From a virus, in the IMG/VR virus record IMGVR_UViG_3300047585_000208, positions 1 through 64,000 of that record: a DNA stretch of 64,000 nt. One strand, given 5' to 3'. How positions within the stretch are numbered: position 1 is the first letter of the stretch; the number at the start of each line of letters is the position of its first letter. A program made the translations under genes and the position numbers. Shown here piece by piece: positions 7,651-17,029 of the stretch. The notes beneath the pieces are model-generated. The model ran no database searches. It saw only the letters and a list, made by a program, of their open reading frames with translations, and had not been told where the DNA came from.

Positions 7651-10600
7651 ATTGCAATACATGTGCCATCTCGGTGATACCGAGGTGGGCGGATTCGGTA
7701 TTTCAAAACCAGTGAAGTTGACCCACGGAACTGTCGTTCCTGAGAATTATTTCTACATCGAGGATTTTAAACTCGTTAAACAGCGCTCGACTTATGCCTT
7801 TGTTAAATTCACGGACGAAGGTATTGACGAGCACATGACTTACTGTGTGGACAATGAGATCGACCTTCAGCGCGGCATGAGAATCTGGATTCACACTCAT
7901 CCAGGCCAATCTGCACAGCCATCCTTCACTGATGAAAACACCTTTAAAGACCAAGACAGCCTAGGTCAGTGCGACTGGGCTGTGATGTTCATTTTGTCTC
8001 GAACTAACGAAACTTATGCTCGTTTACGTTTTTCAGCCGGTCCTGGCGGTCAGATTATGCTTCCTGTTGAAATTGATTGGTCCACAGTAAAAGAGAGCAT
8101 TAGGACATTTGCAAATAATATTGATGCGTACGACGCTGAATATGCTCGCTGCGTTGAGAAATCTTCCTACAGCACGGGATATGCACCGTATGGGGGAGGT
8201 GTGTCTTCGGACAAAAATTTTCCCCGTCACGCGTGGGAAAGAAATCACGCAAGCGAAAGCGGCGTCGGCACAAGCACCGTGCACGGTAAGTTTGATGACC
8301 ATGGACTCGCCTATGAAAACCGCCTCGTTAGGCATCCGAGCTCGCTTAATCGCTTGCCTCAGCAAAGTCAAGAGCCTGTTATTGCTACGCCAGCGCCCAA
8401 TACCATAAGGCTTTATCTCATTTACAACCAGATGACCAAGCAATACGGGTTTTACAAGAAAGAAGAAATTAAGAACGCGGCCATCCTCGTAAGATCACAG
8501 GGGATGAAGTTGCTTAATCGCGGAAGTTGGGACTTTCCCGATAACATCGAAGAGCGATTGGCAAAAGAAGGTAAAAAGCTTCCAAAGTTCAATTTTGAAG
8601 AAGAAGCAGAAGCTATTACTTGGGCGTCGACTAACGGAGAAAAAGTCGATCCGCACCAGCACGCTAAAACTTGCCCGTGCGAGAAGTGCTGGGAGTCGTT
8701 TAAACCAGGTAATTCAGTCAGAAAGCAGCAACTTCACCTTGTCATGCTAAAGTTAGCTAGGCGCTATGAGTTCAGAGACGCTACACAGATGATTGAACTC
8801 GATAATAGCGATCTCAGCTATGACGATTTTGGTACTTGGGAATTTGACGAAATTATCAAGACATTCCCGACTTGGGATATCCAAGATGGCAGTGGAGCTT
8901 ATTTCAGGGCAACTGATTGGGCTAATAAACACGGACGAAAGGTATTAACTACTCAAACGGTTAAGGCAATTGAGTCATCAAAGGGCTGGTTAGAGGCTGA
9001 TCGGTATTATCTGACCTGGATTCCGACTGTCAGTCAGTTTCAATTCTTGTCGTATGACCAGCTTTGTGAGACTTGGCACCATGTGGTCGAAGATGAAACT
9101 TCTTGGCCAATAGTTAAGAGCAATTGGTACATTAAGCCAGACAGCCTTCCAAATATCCAGAGCTGGCAAGCCGCTGAAGAAGAAGTTGCGCACAGTTGGG
9201 GTCGTGCCCATGGTGAACTGATTGGCAATACCGGTAATTACGATCCGTTTAGAGGCGGTTACGAAGCAGCCAAAACGGCTAAAGAAACTCTGACAGTTAA
9301 TACGGACATGCGTCGGCTTTTTCTGACTTACGATCCAATTTTCAAAGACTATTGTTTCATTAACGAAACAATTCTTAATACTCGTTGGCAAACTTGTTGC
9401 ACAAAGTCGCTTCATCCGCCAGCCGTGCACAGTAGCTGGGATATTCCGGTTTCGATAAATGAAACTGCTTTGAAGTGGACTAAAGACGAACTCGATGAGG
9501 CTATTGCCTGGGGTCGGCGATTCGGCACTGAGATTACAGAAGTTGGCAATTACGATCCTTGTAAGTTTAGACATACTAACAGCTCTAGCGCCACTATTAC
9601 TAAGCTCTTTCTGACTTATCGTGGCGCATTTGACGATTATGCTTTTCTGACAGACGGCCAGCTTAAGGATTATTGGGTGCGTTGGCAACATATGCCGAAT
9701 CAGCATCCAAAGGTCAACAGTGTTTGGGAAATCAGGGGTAACAGCAGCGTAACGCACGTTTACGGAAAAAGTCAATTGGTAGACGCCAGAATTTGGGCTA
9801 ACACCCACGGCAAATCTTTCTTTATGGACCCGCTTGATCCGTTTGAAGCCACGTACAAAAAGCCAGTTACCGTTGCGACAATCCCAGATTTACCGACAAT
9901 CCGATTTCTAACTTACAGCCCGATACTGCAGGATCACGAGCTTATCACTAATTCCATGCTTGAAGCTCGTTGGCGCAACAACGAAAAGAAACCACATCAT
10001 TATCCAGTTGTTGACAGCGTGTGGGATATGGCCGCGCCAGAGCATCCTAACGTAAACTGGCGGCGCTGGGCTAAAGATAAAATTGAAGATGCTAGAACCT
10101 TTTGTAAGGAAAACGGTAAACAAGTCATTACGGCTTGCGTTGACCCTTACCGCGAGTTTTACGAATTACCAACTAAGCCAAAAGCGAGTTACCCTACACT
10201 CGTAAACCCAATTAGTTACTATTTGACTTGGTTGCCAGTTCGAGTAGAGTTTAAGTTCTTGCTAGCAAACGACCTTATGGCGGCCAGCGGCACAAAGGGT
10301 GTGTATGCCCCGACTGTTATCTCCGTTTGGTTGTTTAGTGAAAGTCGAAAGCTGTCTTTAAGCGTCACTACGTTCTCTAAAGCCGAAACTGCGGAAGACT
10401 GGGCTAATGAAAATGGTGTTTGCATTAAAGCCATTTCAACCGAAGAAGCTTTAATCGAAGCTAAAACAGCGCTAAGTTCTGGAGCGCAAGTCTCTACTGA
10501 AGTTGTTCTAGTAAAACCGGAAATTACTGCGGCTATTGACGAAGCGTTATCTGCCCCCATAACCCCCGCTACTTCGACGACAGCTGGACCCTCGTCAGTC

Positions 10601-11179
10601 GATCTGGGTGGCGATATTCAGTTGTTTTATTTGGCTTGGGTTCCAGCTCAGCAAACTTTCAAATTTCTATCGCCACAAGAAATTATTGACATTTGCACCG
10701 ATTCAGGCCAAAATGACCCGCACATCCGAAGTAGCTGGATCTTTAGCACAGTTTATTACGGAACCCTTTTAGACTACAGCGTCGACGAATATGAATTAGC
10801 CGAGAATTACGGCAAAGAACACGGGGAATTTTATGAATTTTGCACTTTAAAGGAAGCGCTTCCAGAGAGCATCATGATTGTTGAGTCTATTGACAAAGAA
10901 GCAGCTGAAGCGCTTATACTCGCAGGGTTAGACGACACCTTTGCGGAAGAGTACTTAAAAACGCTTGACAAAGCTGAGGCTGAGGAAAAGCCTAAGGTTG
11001 TCGGGCTTTTACCCTATGTCCCAGAAAAGGAACCAGAAAATGCAAACAATGGAAGCATCAACGATGTCGGAATTAAAGGCGAAGTTGCCGCCGGTCATGG
11101 ACTCGACACCGGCTGCGGCTTTGGAGGAGGGTACGGCAGCCCAAACTCCCAATGGGGTCCCGGCTACGAATACGACTAA
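7610..11179 (+). CDS. JAB/MPN+ metallo-isopeptidase with long C-terminal repeat region
   Basis: TEVGGFG (catalytic Glu) and WIHTHPGQSAQPSFTD (HxH-x7-S-xx-D). Likely start ATG 7610. Confidence 0.85.
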   Translation: MSQVLKFSPLAWHKLQYMCHLGDTEVGGFGISKPVKLTHGTVVPENYFYIEDFKLVKQRSTYAFVKFTDEGIDEHMTYCVDNEIDLQRGMRIWIHTHPGQSAQPSFTDENTFKDQDSLGQCDWAVMFILSRTNETYARLRFSAGPGGQIMLPVEIDWSTVKESIRTFANNIDAYDAEYARCVEKSSYSTGYAPYGGGVSSDKNFPRHAWERNHASESGVGTSTVHGKFDDHGLAYENRLVRHPSSLNRLPQQSQEPVIATPAPNTIRLYLIYNQMTKQYGFYKKEEIKNAAILVRSQGMKLLNRGSWDFPDNIEERLAKEGKKLPKFNFEEEAEAITWASTNGEKVDPHQHAKTCPCEKCWESFKPGNSVRKQQLHLVMLKLARRYEFRDATQMIELDNSDLSYDDFGTWEFDEIIKTFPTWDIQDGSGAYFRATDWANKHGRKVLTTQTVKAIESSKGWLEADRYYLTWIPTVSQFQFLSYDQLCETWHHVVEDETSWPIVKSNWYIKPDSLPNIQSWQAAEEEVAHSWGRAHGELIGNTGNYDPFRGGYEAAKTAKETLTVNTDMRRLFLTYDPIFKDYCFINETILNTRWQTCCTKSLHPPAVHSSWDIPVSINETALKWTKDELDEAIAWGRRFGTEITEVGNYDPCKFRHTNSSSATITKLFLTYRGAFDDYAFLTDGQLKDYWVRWQHMPNQHPKVNSVWEIRGNSSVTHVYGKSQLVDARIWANTHGKSFFMDPLDPFEATYKKPVTVATIPDLPTIRFLTYSPILQDHELITNSMLEARWRNNEKKPHHYPVVDSVWDMAAPEHPNVNWRRWAKDKIEDARTFCKENGKQVITACVDPYREFYELPTKPKASYPTLVNPISYYLTWLPVRVEFKFLLANDLMAASGTKGVYAPTVISVWLFSESRKLSLSVTTFSKAETAEDWANENGVCIKAISTEEALIEAKTALSSGAQVSTEVVLVKPEITAAIDEALSAPITPATSTTAGPSSVDLGGDIQLFYLAWVPAQQTFKFLSPQEIIDICTDSGQNDPHIRSSWIFSTVYYGTLLDYSVDEYELAENYGKEHGEFYEFCTLKEALPESIMIVESIDKEAAEALILAGLDDTFAEEYLKTLDKAEAEEKPKVVGLLPYVPEKEPENANNGSINDVGIKGEVAAGHGLDTGCGFGGGYGSPNSQWGPGYEYD

Positions 11180-11921
11180 GCCAGAACTTACCAGAAATTC
11201 CCGTCAGCGAGACATCATCCCACCCGCCAAGCTCGCTGAGGTACATGCCCTGGTCATCGGTGTTGGCGCAGTCGGTCGGCAGGTGGCTTTAATGCTTGCC
11301 GCTGTCGGTACTCCAGAAGTAAGTATTTACGACGACGACATTGTTGCGATCGAGAATCTCGGTCCTCAAGCTTACTTCCAACAAGATATTAATATCCCGA
11401 AGGTTGTTGCGACCAAAGAGTTGATGAGGTTAGTCAATCCAGACATTACTTGCACAGCAAAGCAAGACCGGTTCAAGCGGTCGACGGAGTTTAAGGTCAA
11501 AGATGGGCGGCAGCTTTGCGTTTTCTGTTGCGTTGACGATATCGAGGTTCGAAAACTCCTTTGGGAGCGCCTCAAGGATCAAATTGATTTCTGGGTCGAT
11601 GGCCGAATGTCCGCAGAGATTTACGAAGTTTTGAGCGTCAATACGCCTCGCGAAGAGAAGGCGCTGGCCAAGATCAAAACCGAGAACTTGTTTACGACTT
11701 TTCGGGAGATCAAGTACAAGCCTTACGAAGATACCTTCTTTGCGAAGAATGAGGCATTCCCGGTTTCCTGTACTGCAAAATCGACTGTATTTACTGCCAA
11801 CATCTGCGCCGGCAACATGATTCAGCCGTGGTCAATGTATCTGCGTGGCGTGTCCACGGAAGATGAACTTGATGCGATCGAGTCGCACAAAGTGCTGATG
11901 AAGGCGGCTAAAGCCGAATAG
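11040..11921 (+). CDS. ThiF/MoeB-family E1-like activating enzyme
   Basis: SRQ, VIGVGAVG, DDDIV..ENL..Q, PKV, CCVDD...R, DGRM and candidate catalytic Cys in SCTAK. AAGGA RBS before ATG 11040. Confidence 0.9.
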   Translation: MQTMEASTMSELKAKLPPVMDSTPAAALEEGTAAQTPNGVPATNTTKPELTRNSRQRDIIPPAKLAEVHALVIGVGAVGRQVALMLAAVGTPEVSIYDDDIVAIENLGPQAYFQQDINIPKVVATKELMRLVNPDITCTAKQDRFKRSTEFKVKDGRQLCVFCCVDDIEVRKLLWERLKDQIDFWVDGRMSAEIYEVLSVNTPREEKALAKIKTENLFTTFREIKYKPYEDTFFAKNEAFPVSCTAKSTVFTANICAGNMIQPWSMYLRGVSTEDELDAIESHKVLMKAAKAE

Positions 11922-11995
11922 AATTGAGATAGGAGCTTGGTCAGAGGCTATATTCTGATCCTGAGTAACGCATTACTCAACTTTAGGCCTAGACT

Positions 11996-12904
11996 ATGAC
12001 GTTACCTTCTGGAACATCTCAAACTTATCTTTGGCCTGGCACAACCAGGGTCGAAGATGTCCCACTGCCGGCAAAGATCAAGGCAGTGGCATGTTCACAA
12101 GGTACAAACCCAAATCTTGGCTGGACTTTCTTAGATCAACAAGGTAAGCCTGTTGATATTTCTGATTTGCTCGCTCAGAGCTATACTTGTCAAGTCCGTA
12201 TGCGAGAAGCTGCCTTTTTGCACACCACCGAACCACCGACCATAATCAACTGCACTGTTATAACCCCAACAGAAGACGCAGCGCCAACAACCTCGATAAC
12301 AGCGCTGCTCCCGACTACTGCAACAGCCTGGAATCAGATCCTTCTGGCTGAATGGGCAGTATTGTCCCCTGCGGGCGTTCCGGCCTTTACGAACCTAGAG
12401 TACGTCTGGGTTGAAGCTGGCCAATACGCCCAACAGGTCAATTTTTACGGAACACCGTCGGTTCAAGACCTCCGGATGATCGTTCGCGATGTGTCTAGAG
12501 ATGGAAATCTCTGGCTCAAGAACTTCGAATACGACCTTAGCGACTTTGCCTGGAGTATTATTAGGTGTGTTCAGGAATTCCAAGAATCGCTTCCGCCGAT
12601 TAACAATTTCTATTCCACCAAGACATTCCCCTTCAGAAATAACCTCATGACCGGGGTAGCGGCTTATCTAATGCAAATTCAAGCTACTTGGTATAGGCGT
12701 GTACATTTGCCTTATCAAGCTGCAGGAATTTCTTTGGATGATAAAGCTAAATTTGCTGAATACACTAATGAGTCGCAAAGACTAATGAGCGATTGGAAAA
12801 AGTGGATGCAGCTTAAAAAAGTTCAGCTCAATGCCGACGGAGCGTATCAAAGCTTTGGCAGCGCATACGGAGAAGGCGCGTATGGCGGCTATGGTGGTTG
12901 GTGA
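11996..12904 (+). CDS. putative head-tail adaptor or neck protein
   Basis: Pattern ..PP...Y....FP.......G......Y.A.GIS.DDK; sits at the start of the virion gene block. Confidence 0.45.
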   Translation: MTLPSGTSQTYLWPGTTRVEDVPLPAKIKAVACSQGTNPNLGWTFLDQQGKPVDISDLLAQSYTCQVRMREAAFLHTTEPPTIINCTVITPTEDAAPTTSITALLPTTATAWNQILLAEWAVLSPAGVPAFTNLEYVWVEAGQYAQQVNFYGTPSVQDLRMIVRDVSRDGNLWLKNFEYDLSDFAWSIIRCVQEFQESLPPINNFYSTKTFPFRNNLMTGVAAYLMQIQATWYRRVHLPYQAAGISLDDKAKFAEYTNESQRLMSDWKKWMQLKKVQLNADGAYQSFGSAYGEGAYGGYGGW

Positions 12905-12928
12905 GTTATTTTTTAGCTGTGTGCCGAT

Positions 12929-13825
12929 ATGCCAGAACAAATCCATTCAATCGATCCTTATGGGCTTAATCCTTTTACGCGAGTAACGGTAGATTACTCC
13001 TTTCGCAATACAACTCGCATCTACTGGGAGTACCAACCCCTCTTTAACGACATTCCTGTTTACAGTATTCAAGTGCAGGTTGCCGAGGTAGATAATCCTA
13101 ATGCGACCTGGACAAATGTTGGAGCTCCTATAGTCGGAACCAACATCCGCTTTATAACCAACGACGAGCTTGGACTAGAGAGTGGGAAAGAGTTGACATT
13201 GTTCTTTAGAGTCGTTCTTACAGCTGCTCCAGGCCCAGGCCCCGAAAACCGTCCAGGTAACATCTATATCTCTCCTACTGCAGGAGTCTTTGGCAATTTA
13301 CCTCCTTTTACTTGGGGGTTATTTCAAGAGATCGTCAGAAAAGAATATCTGCGCTTTGCTTTACTCGGAGTAGCTAATCAGGGCTATCTTTTACAAGAAA
13401 AGCGCTCTGGACCTCTTTGCCCCCTTTGTATTGACCAGTTAACTGGCGAGTGTATAGATTCGGATTGCCCTTCTTGCTGCGGTACTCGCTTCGAGGGTGG
13501 GTTTTGGCCAGGGATTGAAAACTTCTGGTTTGACAGCGAGCCTTTTGGGCATTTCCCGAATATGGACCAGCAAATGCGCGGCACTATTGATGACGATGAA
13601 GTTACAACTGCTCGTGTTATTGCTAATCCTTATTGCACGGCTCGTGATGTTGTTGTCGATCTAACGTCAGATAGGCGCTTTAGGGTAAGGAAAGTAGAAA
13701 CACTGGCGCAATTTCGGATGGTCCCGATTGTGTCGCGAATAACCCTTAAAGAGGCACCATTTTCCGACGCTATCTATAAATTTCCTGTTCCGGCTATTTG
13801 CCCTAGCCAGTGCGATTTTGAGTAA
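12929..13825 (+). CDS. putative neck/head-closure protein with Zn finger
   Basis: G.LCPLC.D......CPSCCGT.F.GG motif followed by a beta-barrel-like C-terminus. Confidence 0.5.
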   Translation: MPEQIHSIDPYGLNPFTRVTVDYSFRNTTRIYWEYQPLFNDIPVYSIQVQVAEVDNPNATWTNVGAPIVGTNIRFITNDELGLESGKELTLFFRVVLTAAPGPGPENRPGNIYISPTAGVFGNLPPFTWGLFQEIVRKEYLRFALLGVANQGYLLQEKRSGPLCPLCIDQLTGECIDSDCPSCCGTRFEGGFWPGIENFWFDSEPFGHFPNMDQQMRGTIDDDEVTTARVIANPYCTARDVVVDLTSDRRFRVRKVETLAQFRMVPIVSRITLKEAPFSDAIYKFPVPAICPSQCDFE

Positions 13826-13848
13826 TGCATTACTCAAAAGGAGAAGCA

Positions 13849-14073
13849 ATGATATATGCAGGGTTCAAGTATGCTGGTACTAAAGATGGTACTGGTTATG
13901 GTGATATTAGTGGAACCGTAAACGGATCCGCAAGAGAATACTATGGTACAACCCCAGACGACTCAGTTCAATACGGTGGTAACGCTCAAGGGTGGGGTGA
14001 GCGCTCCGGAACCGGGAGTGGCGCTGAAAATTGGATAGTTCGACTTAATGGTCACAACAGACTTCAGAAATAA
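13849..14073 (+). CDS. Gly-rich mini-protein
   Basis: Palindrome plus AAGGAG before ATG 13849. Confidence 0.65.
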   Translation: MIYAGFKYAGTKDGTGYGDISGTVNGSAREYYGTTPDDSVQYGGNAQGWGERSGTGSGAENWIVRLNGHNRLQK

Positions 14074-14105
14074 GCTGAGTAACGCATTACTCAAAAGGAG
14101 CAGGT

Positions 14106-14339
14106 ATGGATATAAAAATAGCTACTGGTAGCGGTAACCCAGATGGAAGTGGGTACAGTTGTTCCGATTGGACAGGGGACGGTAGATCGGCTTACTTCGT
14201 GATGCTGCCTACACGCACAGACGGCTTCGGACAAGGCATTGGGACAGGTGCGGGGAAGTTATATGGGTGCGGGTTCGGAAAAGAGCATTGGGATGTAGTA
14301 AACCTAGGCCACGCCGTGGGGCAAGGTACCGGAGAGTAA
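14106..14339 (+). CDS. Gly-rich mini-protein
   Basis: Palindrome plus AAGGAG RBS. Confidence 0.7.
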   Translation: MDIKIATGSGNPDGSGYSCSDWTGDGRSAYFVMLPTRTDGFGQGIGTGAGKLYGCGFGKEHWDVVNLGHAVGQGTGE

Positions 14340-14343
14340 TTTT

Positions 14344-14487
14344 GTGGAAGAACAACCAATTACCCCGATCCAAGAAACAACACCAATTGAAAATCCGTTT
14401 ATCAAGCGGATTAAATCTCTTAATGACTTCAAACCCGATGAAGAGGCCTTAGAGCGGTTTGCTGGTCAAACGCTTGAAAAGAATTAA
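14344..14487 (+). CDS. small hypothetical protein (47 aa, below track cutoff)
   Basis: GGAG upstream; GTG start; MEEQPITPIQ...LEKN fills the gap between genes. Confidence 0.45.
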   Translation: MEEQPITPIQETTPIENPFIKRIKSLNDFKPDEEALERFAGQTLEKN

Positions 14488-14490
14488 CAA

Positions 14491-15123
14491 ATGCCCAGCG
14501 TAAATCCGTATACCAGATTTGACCCCAAATGGCTTCATGACGAATGCTGTGTAATACCTCGTCCATTTCTCATGACCGGCTGGCTTCGTACTCTATTAGC
14601 CGGCCACTTTCAAGCAGGTAACCTTTCAGACGAGTCTCAAAGTATTCAGCGGCTAATTTGGACTCCACTCAATACAACTGGCATAAAGATCGAGTCAATC
14701 ACTCGCTGGGACCCGTCTACAGCCGAAAAGCGTGCGGCTTTAATCATTAAGCGCAACGGCTGGAAGAGGGTCAAGCTTGGAATAGGTGATCGCGTTGGAG
14801 TAAATGCAAAGCAGCAGGAAATTAAAGGCAATGCCTGGATGGGCAGCCATACGACGTTCTGTATCGCAGCAGACGGGGCTGAAGCTGAAAAGCTTGGGGC
14901 AGAGGTTTTCAATTACTTCAACCAGTTTAGCCAAGCTATTAGAGCTACCCTTAATCTATTACGATTTGAAGTAACTGAGGTTGGGGAGCTGTTAATTGTT
15001 GAAGAAGCTAGGCAAAACTACGTGGTCCCTGTGGTAGTGGCTTATGCGTTTGAGGAGCAGTGGCTACTTAATCCCGAAAAGCCTCTTCTTATCTCTTCAA
15101 GCATTGAGACAGTAGAGCCCTAA
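14491..15123 (+). CDS. putative tail completion/terminator protein
   Basis: Size, position and an alpha/beta pattern (R.ALIIKR...C.A....EAE.L..EV...YVVPV.V.Y). Confidence 0.45.
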   Translation: MPSVNPYTRFDPKWLHDECCVIPRPFLMTGWLRTLLAGHFQAGNLSDESQSIQRLIWTPLNTTGIKIESITRWDPSTAEKRAALIIKRNGWKRVKLGIGDRVGVNAKQQEIKGNAWMGSHTTFCIAADGAEAEKLGAEVFNYFNQFSQAIRATLNLLRFEVTEVGELLIVEEARQNYVVPVVVAYAFEEQWLLNPEKPLLISSSIETVEP

Positions 15124-15155
15124 AATTTAAGCCGAATTGCGCCATTATTACATGC
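15120..15155 (+). promoter_or_regulatory. putative sigma28-like promoter CTAAA-N16-GCCATTAT
   Basis: Recurrent motif. Confidence 0.5.
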
Positions 15156-15213
15156 GTAAGATTTAAGTAGTATTCCGAGTAACGCATTACTCAAGTTTTA
15201 AAAGGAGGACCGC

Positions 15214-15519
15214 ATGTCTACAACTACTCAAACTCGCAAACCAATCAGCGAGCGCCTTCCGAGCGATTATCTAGAAATGGGGCGACCATCCGAGTCAGTA
15301 TTTTACAAAGTAGAGTACGAAGATTTCGCTAAGGCGATCTTAGGCCGGCTCGTCGAGCTTGGGGACAAATGGCGCAAATTATCGTTTGAAGAAGTCACAG
15401 TTGGAATGTCATCAAACCTCCAACGTTATTACCAACTGTGTCGTAGCCAGTACGAGGCAGTCGCAGCGTACACGGCCAGTCCAGAAGCCGCGGCTTCTTT
15501 CAGTCCTTACTGGAAATAG
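15214..15519 (+). CDS. hypothetical protein
   Basis: AAGGAGG RBS. Confidence 0.75.
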   Translation: MSTTTQTRKPISERLPSDYLEMGRPSESVFYKVEYEDFAKAILGRLVELGDKWRKLSFEEVTVGMSSNLQRYYQLCRSQYEAVAAYTASPEAAASFSPYWK

Positions 15520-15537
15520 CAGCAATTTAAGCTGCGG

Positions 15538-15565
15538 AGCCTATCGCTATAGCGATAGGCTTTTT
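15538..15565 (+). terminator. intrinsic terminator
   Basis: AGCCTATCGC-TATA-GCGATAGGCT followed by TTTT. Confidence 0.8.
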
Positions 15566-15613
15566 CATAGCTGTCAACAAGTTGAGTAACGCATTACTCA
15601 AAGGAGGAAGGGT

Positions 15614-15805
15614 GTGAAAGGAATAAAATTTGCATTACAGTTTGCAGGCGTTTCACTTTACACGTCTTTGTGGTGGATGGCTTGCTTAGGTTGGGCGCGT
15701 GCTCCAGCCGGGATAAGCTTCTTTTGGTTTCCGTTATGGCTTTCAACTGCCGCGTTAATCATCGTAGCCTTCATATGGCTGCATGTACACTGGGATGACG
15801 ATTAG
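15614..15805 (+). CDS. small two-TM membrane protein
   Basis: AAGGAGG RBS; two hydrophobic segments. Confidence 0.65.
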   Translation: MKGIKFALQFAGVSLYTSLWWMACLGWARAPAGISFFWFPLWLSTAALIIVAFIWLHVHWDDD

Positions 15806-15942
15806 TCATTTCTTTAGCTTCTTCAGAAGCTACGTCTGAAGCTGGCGTAATTGCCGCCGTATTGTTTAGCGAAGTGGATCTTCGCTATACAGAAACTCGC
15901 TCCAGGTGAGTTTCTTCTACTGGTCGCCCAAAGGAGCGTTTT

Positions 15943-16254
15943 GTGACTGCGGAATCGATGATCAAGGTAGGGTCGTACGTTTTGGTTCGTACTTATTCAG
16001 CTGGGTGTTTTGCCGGTATCCTCGTGAGTAGGGACGGTAAAGAGGTGGTGATGCACCAAGCTCGCCGGATCTGGTATTGGGCTGGCGCTGCTTCTCTGAG
16101 TCAGTTGGCACAAGAGGGTACTTCAAAGCCCGAAGAGTGTAAGTTTCCGGTTGAAGTTGATGAGGTGATCTTGACTGAGGCTATTGAGATTCTCAGAGTT
16201 ACTCAAAAAGCCCAGAACTCCATCATGGATGTTCCGGTCTGGACCGCTCACTAA
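15943..16254 (+). CDS. conserved phage protein, DUF6948-like
   Basis: YVLVRTYSAG.FAG.L......V.M..ARRIWYW.GAASLSQLA.EG pattern, recognised from memory. Confidence 0.7.
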   Translation: MTAESMIKVGSYVLVRTYSAGCFAGILVSRDGKEVVMHQARRIWYWAGAASLSQLAQEGTSKPEECKFPVEVDEVILTEAIEILRVTQKAQNSIMDVPVWTAH

Positions 16255-16332
16255 TCTTTGTTCTCCTTCGGCAGCAGGGTAAAAATCTGCCGCGTAGCTA
16301 AAAGCTACCACACCAAATTAAAAAGAACTAAC

Positions 16333-16584
16333 ATGACGCGAAAAGATTTTAGAGTTGGCTACGAAAACGGATGCGGCTACTCGCCAGGGAGCTCAATATA
16401 CCCTAAGCCGATAAGCATTAATAGTACTGCTTATTTCAGCTACGGGCATGGAGCGGCTGCTGGCGAAATGCATGGCTACGGTCGTGCGTCCAGCGGCCGT
16501 AACCATAGTGAAACGGAGGCGGGTACTTGCGGAACTCTTCGTAGAGCGGATGGTCGACTTAACGGAACAGGAAGAGAAGATTAA
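16333..16584 (+). CDS. Gly-rich mini-protein
   Basis: Likely ATG 16333; ends GRLNGTGRED. Confidence 0.6.
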   Translation: MTRKDFRVGYENGCGYSPGSSIYPKPISINSTAYFSYGHGAAAGEMHGYGRASSGRNHSETEAGTCGTLRRADGRLNGTGRED

Positions 16585-16585
16585 C

Positions 16586-16813
16586 ATGATAAAATCAGAA
16601 AGCAAACTACTTACTGATGAAATAAACGGAAAAGGAGCTGGATTTCACTTTCTCAGCGGCCAAGGTATGAGGCGCGGCGATGGCTACGGCAGTGGCTATG
16701 GCAACGGGTTTAGTTCTACTGATTATGGTAGTAGCGGGAACACTGAGCTTACTGTGGATAGTAGTGCGCATGCAAAAGGAACCTTAGAAGGAACAGGCAC
16801 AGACTATGCATAG
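16586..16813 (+). CDS. Gly-rich mini-protein
   Basis: ATG immediately after the previous stop; ends GTLEGTGTDYA. Confidence 0.6.
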   Translation: MIKSESKLLTDEINGKGAGFHFLSGQGMRRGDGYGSGYGNGFSSTDYGSSGNTELTVDSSAHAKGTLEGTGTDYA

Positions 16814-17027
16814 CGCAAAAACAAACGACGGTACAGAGAGTGGCACAGGTGGAGATATAGAGTTTGGCAACATCTTTGGAGCAGGTCCTTTTATTTTTCG
16901 TCAAGCTTTCCTAACAAACAGTGACGAAAGTAGCGCCTGCGGGCATGGGTTTTCTGACTTCGCGGGGATTGGCGCTGGTTGGGGAAATGGCGCCGGAAAT
17001 TCTCAAAGCGAAGACGGGAACTTTTAA
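16806..17027 (+). CDS. Gly-rich mini-protein
   Basis: Overlaps the previous ORF; GxG repeats. Confidence 0.6.
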   Translation: MHSAKTNDGTESGTGGDIEFGNIFGAGPFIFRQAFLTNSDESSACGHGFSDFAGIGAGWGNGAGNSQSEDGNF

Positions 17028-17029
17028 AC

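Noticed and set aside
8990-9808. 272-aa minus-strand ORF and other antisense ORFs in the track (e.g. 51852..52565, 39059..39622)
   Set aside because: They lie opposite well-supported + strand genes and show no recognisable motifs.
11040-11921. ThiF and Ubl as thiamine or molybdopterin sulfur-carrier genes
   Set aside because: No thiG, moaE or cysteine-synthase neighbours. The flanking E2 and JAB genes indicate protein conjugation instead.
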